Source of the DNA: Epithemia pelagica
Lineage: Eukaryota > Protista > Bacillariophyta
Assembly (NCBI GenBank): GCA_946965045.2
Contig: OX337236.1
Span: forward strand, 3,534,001-3,598,000
Length of the DNA stretch: 64,000 nucleotides
Direction: 5' to 3'
Numbering within the stretch: the stretch's first letter is position 1; every line of letters starts with the position of its first letter. The notes below the pieces were generated by a model that was given only the letters and a program-made list of their open reading frames with translations, was not told the DNA's origin and searched no databases. The translations under genes and the position numbers were made by a program. This document shows, piece after piece, positions 62,341 to 64,000 of this stretch.

Positions 62341-63452
62341 CCTAAGGATATTTGCCTTTTTTGGGTGTCTTTAGTACTAGACACCGTAGGATTTGAACGT
62401 GTGCATATGAGCACAAGGGGCTATAGTATCTGTGCATATGAGCACTGATATAAATGCCTTTTGTTGCAAAAGAGCACTGCCCCTTGTGCAGATGAGCACA
62501 GAATGTCTATGCCCCGCTCAAGTCTAATTTCTAAGCACTCATATTCAATATGAGTCCTTAATTTCATTCATTACTAACCATTACCGCACTCTTAGTTGTT
62601 CCCCCATTCTTTGGCGCGAAAAGCTCGCCTGCGTGCCCCTTCGCGCCAAACATCTTCACCTGAAAACCTCAATTGGCCCAACATCTTCACCTGAAAACCT
62701 CAATTGGCCCAACTAAAGGTCATTGTTGTTTCATGAATTATGACTCTTGCAAAGAGGCCCATCCTTGCTTTTGCTTGAGAGTCGGCTGGTTATGTCTCTT
62801 CCTCTGCTCCATGCACACGAGGAAACCAGCAATGGCTACCAACAATGGGCCTGGAACGGCATCTCCATCCCGGAGACGGCCTGTGAAGAAGATCCGTTCC
62901 GATCAGGGCATTGGCTTGTCATGTTTAGATGCTACAATTGTGACACCCTTTGGTATGGGATGCGGCATATGCAAAAAATCATTCGGAGAAAGTCTTTGGT
63001 CCATGCAGCGGCATCTAAATCAACATGGAGTCTGTGTCTCAGCAACTGACAACCGACTCCTTGTTGCAAGAAAATAGTCCCGTGAGCAAATTTTGCAAGA
63101 AGACCCTCATACCACAAAAAACTTCTTCACGGGGAGGTCTGTTCTTGGATATTCCTGCAGGTGTCTTGTTGGTTGGACAAGACTCAGCAATGTTATGCGT
63201 CATCTCTCCTCGCCTAACTCCTGTGGAGCCATTGGGCCTGAGAGGGAACAATTGCAGGTCCCTTCTTGTGGGAGGCTGGTATCTATGACTGCTGTCAGTA
63301 TGAAATATTCCCAAGAGGATCCAATCTTGAAAACAAAGAGAGCGGTCACCCAAACTTTCCATATGGTATCTGAGGAGATGGTTGATTGTTTTGTTCCTTT
63401 GTTCCATCCATTGGCTCAGGAGGAACACTACTCTTCCAAGCCAGATGGAGCA
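62341..63452 (+). mobile_element. CCTAAGG-led segment E7 (member B copy, ORF 62832-63452)
   Basis: Near-identical to 56757-~57871. It has its own CAG>TAG at 63075 and is cut at GGAGCA|. Confidence 0.85.
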
Positions 63453-64000
63453 CCTAAGGAGAAAGTGCCCCCTAGCGTACACCCCACGTAATCTTGGTAT
63501 TGCACGTAGTGTCTCAGTTATGCATGTTAGCATAGCCCTAGTGTCTTAGCATTGCATGTAAACAAAGCCACTTGTGTCTCAGCATTGCACGTAAGCAAAG
63601 CCCCTTGTGTCCCAGTGTTGCATGTCCTATAAGCCTATTCTCCAAGCCGCATACTCTTTTCAGATATAGTGAATACACATGCCTCATCATATTCCTAGCG
63701 TGCCATGACAGACTCATTGCTAACAGGTCTATTATTTCATTAGGACCTATACAATGTCTCCATAGGGTATGAATTGGGGTCATCTCGTTTGAAATTTTGA
63801 AGATTTCCTGTGAATGACCTGCATTGGGCCTTTTTGTCTTGAAGATTTCCTGTGAATGACCCTGCATTGGGCCTTTTTGTCTTGCCCATTTCGACCATCC
63901 AGCTGCAAACCGACAATGGCAGCAAATCCTACTGCTGATCCTAAGATGGAGCTGTTTGATCCCTTAAGTGGGAAGGCCTTTCGGGGTCATCATGGTCTCC
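63453..64000 (+). mobile_element. CCTAAGG-led segment E8 (member D); ORF starts 63916 and runs off the window
   Basis: Begins CCTAAGGAGAAAG. A 42/43-bp tandem containing GTGAATGACC...GGGCC (63799-63883), as in members A and C, precedes MAANPTADPKMELFDPLSGKAFRGHHGL. Confidence 0.6.

Noticed and set aside
29931-63077. Several CAG>TAG nonsense changes (29931, 49635, 57423, 63075) as a RIP-like or CHG-methylation signature
   Set aside because: C>T at CAG/CGA is the commonest route to a stop codon and four cases are too few. A full substitution spectrum would be needed.
55806-63459. CCTAAGG junctions as restriction/ligation artefacts (Bsu36I CCTNAGG, DdeI CTNAG) or telomere healing
   Set aside because: Uninterrupted paralogs lack CCTNAGG at the cut points (CCTGTGG, CCGTTCC, ACCTTTC), so religated restriction fragments cannot explain them. 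Healing of a right-hand break would add TTAGGG arrays, not a single CCTAA.

Overview
Eukaryotic nuclear DNA. A diatom-like stramenopile is inferred from the intron-poor genes and the CoDi-like copia element; this is not proven. I found no rRNA, tRNA or CRISPR array. The window has three zones. (1) 1-51 kb: a + strand tandem array of 11 near-full-length and 1 fragmentary intronless Kelch beta-propeller genes (K1-K12). Several are pseudogenised or mosaic, and they are separated by shuffled, duplicated spacer modules containing decayed ankyrin- and LRR-like genes and a 215-bp foldback element. K3 is split by a 6,994-bp hAT DNA transposon (9842-16835; 16-bp TIRs, 8-bp TSD) with a decayed transposase and an intact endonuclease III-like (HhH-GPD) DNA glycosylase as cargo. 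(2) 51.3-55.8 kb: a Ty1/copia retrotransposon on the - strand, cut off before gag and the 5' LTR. (3) 55.8-64 kb: eight consecutive same-orientation segments, each starting exactly at CCTAAGG, carrying the left end and promoter of one element family, and each truncated where the next begins. The longest encodes Zn-finger + tyrosine-recombinase-like + RecQ-like helicase domains, resembling fungal telomere-linked helicases. Zone 3 looks like a nested stack of an uncharacterised recombinase-helicase mobile element and is the top candidate for a novel system.
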